DNA of 64,000 nucleotides from a virus. This document shows, piece by piece, positions 32,049 through 39,963 of this stretch. The notes under the pieces were generated by a model that searched no databases, was not told the origin of the DNA, and saw nothing but the letters and a program-made list of their open reading frames with translations. Each line of letters begins with the position of its first letter. The first letter of the stretch is position 1. The position numbers were made by a program, and so were the translations under genes. The DNA lies in the IMG/VR virus record IMGVR_UViG_3300050505_000464; one strand, given 5' to 3'.

Positions 32049-32866
32049 CAGGAAGCCCTCCGGTAACGCTCGATGAGCTTGTAACCGCCAATGGCCGCGA
32101 CGGTGCCGAGACCCACCCAGAGGAGCGCCTTCATGTTGGCTCGCGCGGGCGACGCCATGGAGGCTTGCTGCGCCTGCGTCGCAGGCATCGTCGGCACGCT
32201 CGGTAGCGCCGTCACGGGCGCGGTGGGCGACACGCTAGGGGAAGCGGGGATCGTGGTCTGCACCGCGGGCGTTTGCGGGACCGTGAGCGGCGCACGCGCG
32301 GCTTGCGCGCTGAAGGCGCTCGAGAAAGATCCCGAGGGAGGCGCTGCGCGGTCAGAGCCCGCGCGCGGGATCGGCAGGATGTACGCGAGCACGCCGCCGA
32401 CGACGGTCGCGGCGTAGTTGAGCGAGGTCGGACCCGTCTTCGGATCGGTCTGATCGCGTAGGCGAAGCCAGTACAAGAAATAAATCTGCGGCGTCGCTTG
32501 CGTGTCGAGCTGCGCGTAGACGGCTTCGGTGTGATCGTAGGCGAAGGGCGTGCCTTCGAAGGTGCTGGCCACAGCGCTCGCGCGCGTGAGCACGGGCGAG
32601 ATGACCGCGAGCGCTTGTACTTCGGAGCTCGTGGTGTTCGCGACGGCAACGAGCTGGAAATCGGAGACGGCGAAGGCTTGGTAGTCCTTCGAGGGTGTGG
32701 CCTCTTGCCAGGACGAGTCGCTCGTCTGGCGCGCCCACTCGGTGTACACGAGCGATCCCTGCGGGCTCACGATGCTGATGAGCGCCTGGTCCGCAAATGG
32801 CAGCGCCGCATCGTCGGCGCCGAGGCCGGACACGTCATTGCGATAAAAAGAGGGACCGAATTTCAT
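32048..32866 (-). CDS. C-anchored membrane protein with Pro/Ser/Thr linker (putative virion protein)
   Basis: N-terminal FYRNDVSGLG; beta domain; PST linker; TM followed by RYRR. Confidence 0.7.
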   Translation of the reverse strand: MKFGPSFYRNDVSGLGADDAALPFADQALISIVSPQGSLVYTEWARQTSDSSWQEATPSKDYQAFAVSDFQLVAVANTTSSEVQALAVISPVLTRASAVASTFEGTPFAYDHTEAVYAQLDTQATPQIYFLYWLRLRDQTDPKTGPTSLNYAATVVGGVLAYILPIPRAGSDRAAPPSGSFSSAFSAQAARAPLTVPQTPAVQTTIPASPSVSPTAPVTALPSVPTMPATQAQQASMASPARANMKALLWVGLGTVAAIGGYKLIERYRRAS

Positions 32867-32890
32867 GGGGTGCTCAGCGAGAAAGAATCA

Positions 32891-32997
32891 CGAGGAAGCA
32901 ACCGTGCCCACCTGTCAGGACAACCCACTGCCGCATGAGGTTGTTTGGTCCTCGGTTGGAGTGAGAAGGTTCGGGGGTTGGCACGGTTGCTCCTTCG
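32891..32997. promoter_or_regulatory. Intergenic long-range inverted repeat (structured RNA element)
   Basis: 18-bp arms 32891-32908 and 32980-32997 (16/18 complementary, 12-bp perfect core) enclosing a CAACC/GGTTG inner stem. Confidence 0.6.
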
Positions 32998-33023
32998 AGA
33001 AGGGATTGCGGGGGACTGACGGA

Positions 33024-33860
33024 TCAGTAGCCTCCCGGCTTTTCGATGCAGGGCGCGAGAGCTCGCTGCATCGCATCGAGCTGCCCCTCGGGCAGCATGA
33101 AGCCGAAGATCTCGGCCTCGAAGAACGCGATCGGGATCGTGACCGCGCGGAAGATGTGGCAGCTCGGGATGAGCGTCTGGGTCGAGCGCAGGATCCAGGG
33201 AGCGGGCACGTGGAGCAGGCCCTGCCGGTGGTGGCGCTGGGGCATCAGTGACAAGTCGCCCGTGCCCGACTGCGCGTTGGTGAAGCGCGCCTGCGTGAAC
33301 TGATCGTCGCTCGCCGAGACCGCGACCGGCGTGCCCGGGATGTAGCCGGGGTTCGGCTGGGTTTGGTAGGCGGGGTTCGATTTCTCGAAGGGCGGGACGG
33401 GGTTCAGCTCGTAGCGAAAGTTGCCCTGGCGTGTGTTATCGGCTTCGAGGTTCCAGCCCACTTGCGTGGGCAGGCGGTTCTGTTCGAGCTCGATGAACTC
33501 GCCCGCGACGATCCCGCTTGGGCGGTAGATCGCAAAGCGGTAGTCGAGCACGACGAAGCCCATCAGCTGCGGCACGCGGATGCTGCCCATCTCGAACTGA
33601 CACGGCGCCCCGGGCGTTGCCTGGAAGATGCCGTCGATGGGCAGGCGTCGAAAGACGTACTCGAGCGGGATGATCGAGTCGGGCTTCAGGTAGCTCGCGA
33701 GCTGTCCACCAGCGAGGAGCACCCGATCGGCCGTGCAGGCCGTCATGCTGCCGCCCTCTTGCGAGGGGCCAAATCCTTGCCCGAACGCGATGCTCGGATT
33801 GGCCTGTTGGATCTGGCCGAAGGCCGAGCGCTGCGCGGGGCTGAACAGAGGCTGGTTCAT
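33024..33860 (-). CDS. Putative single-jelly-roll capsid-type protein 3
   Basis: Soluble, beta-strand pattern: SIRVPQLMGFVVLDY early; PAPWILRSTQTL and EAEIFGFML late, parallel to the two neighbouring genes. Confidence 0.4.
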   Translation of the reverse strand: MNQPLFSPAQRSAFGQIQQANPSIAFGQGFGPSQEGGSMTACTADRVLLAGGQLASYLKPDSIIPLEYVFRRLPIDGIFQATPGAPCQFEMGSIRVPQLMGFVVLDYRFAIYRPSGIVAGEFIELEQNRLPTQVGWNLEADNTRQGNFRYELNPVPPFEKSNPAYQTQPNPGYIPGTPVAVSASDDQFTQARFTNAQSGTGDLSLMPQRHHRQGLLHVPAPWILRSTQTLIPSCHIFRAVTIPIAFFEAEIFGFMLPEGQLDAMQRALAPCIEKPGGY

Positions 33861-33874
33861 GGGCCTCTAGTGTA

Positions 33875-34795
33875 TCAGTAGGGGCCGCTGCCTGGGGGCT
33901 GCACGATGCGATAACCGTGGAAACCGATCGTCAGGATGCCGTCCGGGAGGCGCGTGATGGGATCGGTCGCGCCCGCTGCGGCGTCGGCCTCGTCGTTGAT
34001 GCCTTCGACGTAATCCCAGCCGGACGCAATGAAGGGGAAGGACCCGGCTCCGCCACCGGCGAAGGACTGGATGTTGCCGTACGAGGGATTGTTGATGTGC
34101 TGGGGTAGCACATTGAACGTCATCGTCTCGCCTCGCTCGAACACGTCCAAGGCGCCGAGCGCGAAGGGCGCGTTGATCTGCGGCGTCCAGAAGGAGCTCG
34201 GGACGGGGATGTTGGAGCGAGGGAAGGAGGATCCGGCGTTCAGGAACTGAATCGAGTAGTCCGCTTCCATCGATCGGAAGGGAGAGCCGTTGGACGGCGA
34301 AAGGATGTGGGGAGCGCCTGTCCCGGGGAAGGCTTGTTGCTGCTCGGCTTGTCCACGCGGCATGCCATCCATCAGATCCCAGGCGGAATGAATCGGGCGG
34401 TAGCGACCGAAGGAGCGGCCGAAGAAGTTCGCTTTCGCACCGGAGGTGGGGTCGATGCGCTGAAGCTGCAGCTGGCTGATGAAGGTCGCCACGCGGGCGA
34501 CGGCGACGAAAGGTCCCTCTTGGGAGACCAAGATCGTGCCCTGCTTCACGCCGTTGTCGTTGGCGCCGATGAGGATGTTGACGAGCATATCGAAGGGCAC
34601 GCGGCGCCCGGGGATATTCTCGATGTACATCAAGTTCGGGGTGCGCTCGCGGTTGCCCTGCTGCACCTTGAAGTTCGCTTGGATGTCGTCCAGGCGCTTC
34701 TGGATGGCTTGCGTTTGTGTCAGCGCTTCGCGGGCGGAAGCGGCGGCATAGTTGACCGACTGCATGAGTCGGTTCGGGTCGAACGAGTTGCTCAT
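33875..34795 (-). CDS. Putative single-jelly-roll major capsid protein 2
   Basis: TILVSQEGPFVAVA, QFLNAGSSFPRSNIPVP, PFALGALDVFERGETMTFNV and LTIGFHGYRI; pattern recalled from two-MCP tailless prokaryotic viruses. Confidence 0.5.
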   Translation of the reverse strand: MSNSFDPNRLMQSVNYAAASAREALTQTQAIQKRLDDIQANFKVQQGNRERTPNLMYIENIPGRRVPFDMLVNILIGANDNGVKQGTILVSQEGPFVAVARVATFISQLQLQRIDPTSGAKANFFGRSFGRYRPIHSAWDLMDGMPRGQAEQQQAFPGTGAPHILSPSNGSPFRSMEADYSIQFLNAGSSFPRSNIPVPSSFWTPQINAPFALGALDVFERGETMTFNVLPQHINNPSYGNIQSFAGGGAGSFPFIASGWDYVEGINDEADAAAGATDPITRLPDGILTIGFHGYRIVQPPGSGPY

Positions 34796-34858
34796 GATGT
34801 TCTGAGTGCCTTCTCCGCTCGGCGGATGAAGTACCCCGCGAAGGGCGGGTGCCTACAG

Positions 34859-34905
34859 AAAAACCAGGTGAGCGGCTCAGCCCCGAAGAGCGAGCCGCTG
34901 ACCTG
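34859..34905 (-). terminator. Intrinsic terminator / attenuator after putative MCP 1
   Basis: 14-bp stem (13/14; arms 34865-34878 and 34892-34905) followed on the minus strand by TTTTT (34863-34859). Confidence 0.75.
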
Positions 34906-34947
34906 TTGGTTCAATCCGCTCAGGAACGCCCCGAGCGGACCGAATCG

Positions 34948-35703
34948 TTACTGCACGTCTCGGCTGAACAGCCCGTCGAACGTGAACGTCACGACCTTGT
35001 TGATCGCGTCGATGGCGTTCAGGTTGTCGCGGAGGCTCAACATGTTTCGCTGACCTTGGCTGGTCGCCGCGATCTGCGAGTTGGCGTCCGTCGGCAGCGC
35101 GTAGATGTTCGCGGTGCACTTGATGTTCTGGCGCGGTGGGATCAGGATCGCGCGGGCGAGCCGCAAGATGCCCGAGTGGCCATCCGTGCCGGAGTTCTGC
35201 ATGTGGATGAGGTCCGTCGCGCCGCCGAGCTGCGCCGAGAGACCGCCGCCCGTGGGGAAGTACCAGGTCGGCATGTTGGTGATCGAGAACTTCTCGCCGG
35301 TGCCGAAGCTCCAGTGAAGTTGCTCTTCCGTCTGCCAGTGCAGACGAAACACGTCTTCGATCTGGCCGGGGGCCTGACCGACGCCGGCGCCGGCGCCCGT
35401 CCACAGGTCGAGGTTGCCGTAATCGCCGTTCAGGGCGAGCTCGCCCGTCACGCCGCCCGCGACGCGGAGGATGCTGTTTCGGTACCAGCTGAACACGCGC
35501 AACGCCAAGACGACGTGCGACTGATCGGACGGCAGGGTCGATCCGTTCAGGAGGTTGGTCGTCGCCGGGGTACGGACGGCGCCGTTGCCACCGAAGAGGT
35601 CGGTCCCGTCCTGCACGTTGCCCGCGGTGTAGCCGCCGGTACGGATCAGGGTGTCGAAGAAGGGCTGGTGCACGCGCTCACGAATGGAAACTACTTTGGC
35701 CAT
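34948..35703 (-). CDS. Putative single-jelly-roll major capsid protein 1 (251 aa)
   Basis: QPFFDTL...DLF...TNLLNGSTLPSDQSHVVLALRV and RLARAILIPPRQNIKC...VTFTFDGLFSR; strong AAGGAAG RBS; terminator downstream. Confidence 0.55.
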   Translation of the reverse strand: MAKVVSIRERVHQPFFDTLIRTGGYTAGNVQDGTDLFGGNGAVRTPATTNLLNGSTLPSDQSHVVLALRVFSWYRNSILRVAGGVTGELALNGDYGNLDLWTGAGAGVGQAPGQIEDVFRLHWQTEEQLHWSFGTGEKFSITNMPTWYFPTGGGLSAQLGGATDLIHMQNSGTDGHSGILRLARAILIPPRQNIKCTANIYALPTDANSQIAATSQGQRNMLSLRDNLNAIDAINKVVTFTFDGLFSRDVQ

Positions 35704-35776
35704 GATGGTCTTCCTTTTTGTGCGGGCTTCCATTTTTATCGAGGCTGGTTCCTCAGCGGCCCGTACAACGGCCCAA

Positions 35777-35837
35777 GCCCGGGTCTCTGGTTTTCCAGAG
35801 ATACCGGGCCGGAGCCTTTCATCACCCGATCGGGTGA
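35777..35837. promoter_or_regulatory. Intergenic hairpin and perfect 16-bp palindrome between core and MCP 1 genes
   Basis: Hairpin gcccgg.tctctgg-tttt-ccagaga..ccgggc (35777-35809); TCACCCGATCGGGTGA at 35822-35837. Confidence 0.65.
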
Positions 35838-35847
35838 CTGTCTTCAC

Positions 35848-37890
35848 TCAGCCGAATACGCCCTGACCGCCGTCGGTCTGCAGGATGCCGGCCGGCACCA
35901 TCTCGGTCGCGCTTTGCGGCTGCGAGATGGAGCGCGTGCCTGCCCAGATTTGCCCGTCGCTCGTCCCGGGGATCCAGGTCGATGACGTGGGCAAGGTCTG
36001 CACGTTGCCGAAGCCAGCGGCGGCTTCGTAGCTCGGGAGCGAGCCCACACCGGCCGCTGCTTCCGTGATCGTCAGTTCACGATCGAGGTCGCCGTGCGGA
36101 TCGACGTGGTTGGTGTTTTGCAGTTCGCGGGCGCCCATGCCGGCCGCCGCTTCCGCAAAGTCGGGGTTCGCGCCGTAGCCGGCAGCGGCTTCGTACGCGG
36201 GGAGACCCAAGCCCGAGACGCCGCTCGAGAAGTACTCGCCCAGGCCAGAGACGCCTGAGGAGAAGTACTCACCGAGACCGTTCACGCCGGAGCTGAAGTA
36301 CTCGCCCATCGGTCGCCCGATCGACTGGTACCGCGGCTGCAGACTCGCCCCGGCACCGAGACCGTACATCGCGCTCAGGCGCGCTGCGGTCCCGTCACCG
36401 TTCAGCATGTCGGCATGACTCGGCATGAATTTGGCCAAGGCGGCCGTGAGCAGGGTGTGGGTGAAGCCGACCGCGATGCCGGTCATCACGGTGTTGCGGG
36501 TGCCCGCATCCTTGATGAGCTTTGTCGAGGCGAAGATGCCGAGGCCCGCGACGAGAGCGGCGCCCGCGAGCTTCTGGTACTGCGGATCGAGCGAGAAGCC
36601 GCCGAGACCCGAAGTCGCCGGAGCGACGGTGGCCGTGGTGGAGGGCGAAGTCGCGACGACCACCGCTGGCGATCCGAAGATCTTGTTGAACACGTTGTTC
36701 ACCAAGAGGTTCGTGAAGACCTTCTGGCCGACGAGACCGGCGAGGGCGAGCCCGCCCGTCACCGCCATGAACTTCACCGTGTCGCCGATGCCGTTCTTCT
36801 TGAAGAGACGGCGACCGTTGCGGCGATGCCGGCGGCGGTTCGAGGACATGCGGCGACGCGAGTGCCGGCGCCGACGATTCGGGCTGAGCGCCCGACGGCG
36901 ACTCGACCGGTGACGGCGGCGATTCGAGCTCATCTTGCGACGAGACCGTCGATGCCGACGACGATTGGGCTTCAGGCCCTTGGCTGCGGCCCGGCGACGA
37001 CGCCGTGCTGCAACGGCAGACTTCTTCATGCTCAGCTTGCGTTTGCCGCGGCGAGCCGTCTTCCGCTTGGCGGACCGGCGGCGCTTTCGCTTCGGGGCAA
37101 CGGCCGAGGCCTTGCGACGAGACTTGCGACGCTTCGAAGTGCTCTTGCGGTACGAAGTCGGCGCGTACTTCTTCTTGCGCGCGCGCCAGCCCTTGCGAGC
37201 TCCGGCACTCGTGCCCTTGTTGCGCTTCAGCCGACGACGCGAGCGTGTCCGCTTGGCTTTCAGCGTGGTCTTGGCCTTACGGCGCTTCCGGCGTTTCGGA
37301 GCAGCGACCGTCTTCTTCGCCGCCTTGCGACGACGCTTGACCGTGCGGCGCTTGGCCACCCGGCGCTTCGGGGCAGAGCGCGCGGCGCTCTTCTTACGGC
37401 GACGAACTTTACGAGCCATGGGTTTCTTCCTTGTTGCTTTCGAGACCGCCTTGCGGCGGCGTGATTTTGGAGCGGCAGTCTTCTTTTTGGCGCGACGCTT
37501 TTTCTTCGGCGTGCCCCAGGGATCGGAGTGACGAGCAGCAGCGCGCTCCCAGATCCGCACTTGCGCGGGGGAGGCGTCGTTTCTTCGAAAGCGCGATCGC
37601 TTGACTCCGCCCTTGCCCTTGGCGAGTCGCATCTTCTTCGCGAACGCCGCCTTCTTCGCAGCCGAGAGACTCGAGCGCGCGGCGGCGGGACGGCGATTGG
37701 CGCTGAGGCCGCTCATCGTGCGGCGCGCAGTGCGGTAGGAGCCCCGGCCATTGATGGCGGCGATGTGCGTGACCGAGCCGTTGGCGGCGAAGCGCGGGCC
37801 GTTGCGCTTGATCCGCTTTTTCGGCGGGCGCGTGTAGCCGTAGCCTTTTACAGCGGACTTTTTGATGCGGTATACGCGACCAGTAGCCAT
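35848..37890 (-). CDS. Protamine/histone-H1-like Arg/Lys core protein with membrane segment and G-h-G repeat tail (680 aa)
   Basis: Residues 1-366 dominated by R/K/S/A; then three hydrophobic segments; C-terminal GEYFSSGV(N/S)GL repeats and EAAAG(Y/M/V/F)G x4. Confidence 0.8.
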   Translation of the reverse strand: MATGRVYRIKKSAVKGYGYTRPPKKRIKRNGPRFAANGSVTHIAAINGRGSYRTARRTMSGLSANRRPAAARSSLSAAKKAAFAKKMRLAKGKGGVKRSRFRRNDASPAQVRIWERAAARHSDPWGTPKKKRRAKKKTAAPKSRRRKAVSKATRKKPMARKVRRRKKSAARSAPKRRVAKRRTVKRRRKAAKKTVAAPKRRKRRKAKTTLKAKRTRSRRRLKRNKGTSAGARKGWRARKKKYAPTSYRKSTSKRRKSRRKASAVAPKRKRRRSAKRKTARRGKRKLSMKKSAVAARRRRRAAAKGLKPNRRRHRRSRRKMSSNRRRHRSSRRRALSPNRRRRHSRRRMSSNRRRHRRNGRRLFKKNGIGDTVKFMAVTGGLALAGLVGQKVFTNLLVNNVFNKIFGSPAVVVATSPSTTATVAPATSGLGGFSLDPQYQKLAGAALVAGLGIFASTKLIKDAGTRNTVMTGIAVGFTHTLLTAALAKFMPSHADMLNGDGTAARLSAMYGLGAGASLQPRYQSIGRPMGEYFSSGVNGLGEYFSSGVSGLGEYFSSGVSGLGLPAYEAAAGYGANPDFAEAAAGMGARELQNTNHVDPHGDLDRELTITEAAAGVGSLPSYEAAAGFGNVQTLPTSSTWIPGTSDGQIWAGTRSISQPQSATEMVPAGILQTDGGQGVFG

Positions 37891-37941
37891 CGTCAGGACA
37901 GACCTCTGCGCTCCCTTCAGAGCGCTCTAGCGGTCCTGACG
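37891..37941 (-). promoter_or_regulatory. Stem-loop abutting the core-protein start codon
   Basis: CGTCAGGAC/GTCCTGACG 9-bp arms (37891-37899, 37933-37941) with inner GCGCTC/GAGCGC stem; one arm is directly adjacent to the ATG. Confidence 0.55.
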
Positions 37942-38063
37942 AACCCGGCTAAACCGTTGCGGTGAGTGGAAGCCTAAAAGACCGGGCGATCTTCGTCAAC
38001 TTTTTGAGGTGAGTCGGAACGGTTTTTCTTCGATCGCTGCGATCGGCCTAAAAACAGCCTCGA

Positions 38064-38393
38064 TCAGCGGAGCACGAAGTACGCGGTCAAGCAGGCGGCG
38101 CCGACGAGGAAGTACGCGTTGAGCTTCGGGCGGCGCGCGAGCGCTTCTTGATTGAGCGCGAGGGTGACTTTTCCGGGCTCGGCGAGCTGAGCGGCCGTGA
38201 TGGCCGATTGGCGCACGATGAGCTCGGGGCTGCCCGTGCGCGGGAAATCCGTCGTATCGCTGCTCGGTGGGTAGGGCGCGGTCGGGAGCGTGGACCAGAC
38301 GGGGGAGAGGCGCGCGAGCGCGGCCTTGTATGCCCGCACGCGTGCCGCTTGTGCGGCCTGCAGCTCTTGGGGAGTCGGGGCGGCGGCGCTCAT
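38064..38393 (-). CDS. Small C-anchored membrane protein
   Basis: C-terminal AYFLVGAACLTAYFVLR. Confidence 0.65.
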   Translation of the reverse strand: MSAAAPTPQELQAAQAARVRAYKAALARLSPVWSTLPTAPYPPSSDTTDFPRTGSPELIVRQSAITAAQLAEPGKVTLALNQEALARRPKLNAYFLVGAACLTAYFVLR

Positions 38394-39961
38394 CGGTTTT
38401 TCTTCCAGGCCAGGGCGCCCAGGGCTCCAATGCCGAGCGCCAGCATGCCGTAGTTGAGGAGGTTAGAGAGGTTTTCGCCGGTGCGCTGGGCAGTCTGGAG
38501 CGCTTGGCCGCGAGCGAGCGCTGCGCGATTGAGATCGTACTGAGAGGCCTTCAGCAGATCGTTCATTTTCTTTTCGGCGGCGACGACCGCCGTCGTCTTC
38601 ACCAGATCGCCCACGACCGTGACCGACAGGATCTGCAGCGCCTTGATCGCGGCCTGCTCGTACATCAGATCGAGCTTCATCGCGTCGACCCATGCGTACT
38701 TCGCCAGATTAAACTCCTGGTCGAGCGTCGCCGGCGGGTAGCTGCATTGCACGTGGCGCACGCCGATCGGCTGCCAGAGCGCGCCGCGTGCGAGGAAGGC
38801 TTGCCCCACGCGCGCCGCGTTGCCCTCGGGCATCGGTAGCCCGCTCACGACCGGGTAGGGGCAGCCGTAATCGTACGGGCAGTGGTAGGTGTAGATGGTC
38901 GAGCGCACCGGCTTGTCCGATCCGCTCGCGTACGTCTCCATGGGCTTGCCCGGGCCGAGTTGGGCTGCTCGGTAGGCGCTCGTCAATGGCCCCGTAAATG
39001 CCCGCTTCGTCGGATCCCAGGCGTGGGAGAAGGCTTGCCCGCGCGGAGACCAGGTTTCGATTCCAAACCAGCGAAGCCCAAAGCGCCAGCCGATCTGCGC
39101 TTCGGCCGCTTCCCATTGTAGCTCAGTCGCCAGGATCAGGTTGTCGAAGGTTTCCCAGTACACCGAGCGCGACTGCGAGCAGGCGGCGTTTGCCTGAGCG
39201 AGGGTTGCATCCGTCCAGGCTTTGGCGGCCTTCAGGCGCTCGTTGATTTCTTCGGTGCCCGAGGGGCCGGCGCCGAAGATCTGACCGAGCGTGCCGCCGA
39301 TGTCTTGTCCGATGAGACCGCCAATGAAGGCGCCGATGGGCGCGGGGATGCCAACGGCTTGCCCGATGACCGCGCCAGCGATGGCGCCGGCGGTCGCGCC
39401 GATCGCTTCGCATTCATCGGGGCTGAGTTTGCCGTCCATGAGCGCGTCGACGGTGACGGTCATGATCTTGGGATCGACGCCCGTGTACATCACGACCGCC
39501 GTGCACGCGAGATCGACCGCGACGGATTTGAGCTCTTTGACGTTCGAGGGCCAGCTCGATGGGATCGGGACTCCGAGCTCGGAGGCCGCGACGGAGGCCA
39601 CGTACGCCTCAAACTCTTTCGTGTTGGTGGGGACGCCATTATCCTTGGCGTAGGCGATGAGCGCTTGCTTCATCAGCCCGACTACCTTGGTCGGATCTTG
39701 GAGATCGGCCGGATTGAATCCGGGGATCGATTTCAGGTAGCTCGAGTACGTGTTGTACTCCATCAGCACCTGAGCGGCGGACGGGTAGTTGTCGAGCTGT
39801 TGCTGAGCGAAGGCGATGGCTCCCGCCTTCGACTGATCGGCGACGCCGCTCGCGACAGCTGTCGCCTGCGTGCGGTAATCGGTGACGATCCGGGACGCGG
39901 GCGCGCCGGGCAAATCGTTGTAGCCCGCGTAGCCGCGCCGCGGTGCGGACGCGTAGGCCAT
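38390..39961 (-). CDS. Large membrane-associated protein with glycine-zipper segment (candidate entry/DNA-delivery protein)
   Basis: IGATAGAIAGAVIGQAVGIPAPIGAFIGGLIGQDIGGTLGQIFG; C-terminal TM followed by WKKNR. Confidence 0.6.
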   Translation of the reverse strand: MAYASAPRRGYAGYNDLPGAPASRIVTDYRTQATAVASGVADQSKAGAIAFAQQQLDNYPSAAQVLMEYNTYSSYLKSIPGFNPADLQDPTKVVGLMKQALIAYAKDNGVPTNTKEFEAYVASVAASELGVPIPSSWPSNVKELKSVAVDLACTAVVMYTGVDPKIMTVTVDALMDGKLSPDECEAIGATAGAIAGAVIGQAVGIPAPIGAFIGGLIGQDIGGTLGQIFGAGPSGTEEINERLKAAKAWTDATLAQANAACSQSRSVYWETFDNLILATELQWEAAEAQIGWRFGLRWFGIETWSPRGQAFSHAWDPTKRAFTGPLTSAYRAAQLGPGKPMETYASGSDKPVRSTIYTYHCPYDYGCPYPVVSGLPMPEGNAARVGQAFLARGALWQPIGVRHVQCSYPPATLDQEFNLAKYAWVDAMKLDLMYEQAAIKALQILSVTVVGDLVKTTAVVAAEKKMNDLLKASQYDLNRAALARGQALQTAQRTGENLSNLLNYGMLALGIGALGALAWKKNR

Positions 39962-39963
39962 GA

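Noticed and set aside
35848-37890. Possibility that the Arg/Lys-rich 680-aa ORF is a wrong-frame GC artefact
   Set aside because: It is Lys-rich, runs in frame into TM segments and peptide repeats with synonymous variation, and fits the operon spacing.
38390-39961. Tail tape-measure protein of a tailed phage
   Set aside because: No tail tube, sheath, baseplate, portal or terminase genes nearby; the C-terminal TM anchor fits a membrane protein better.
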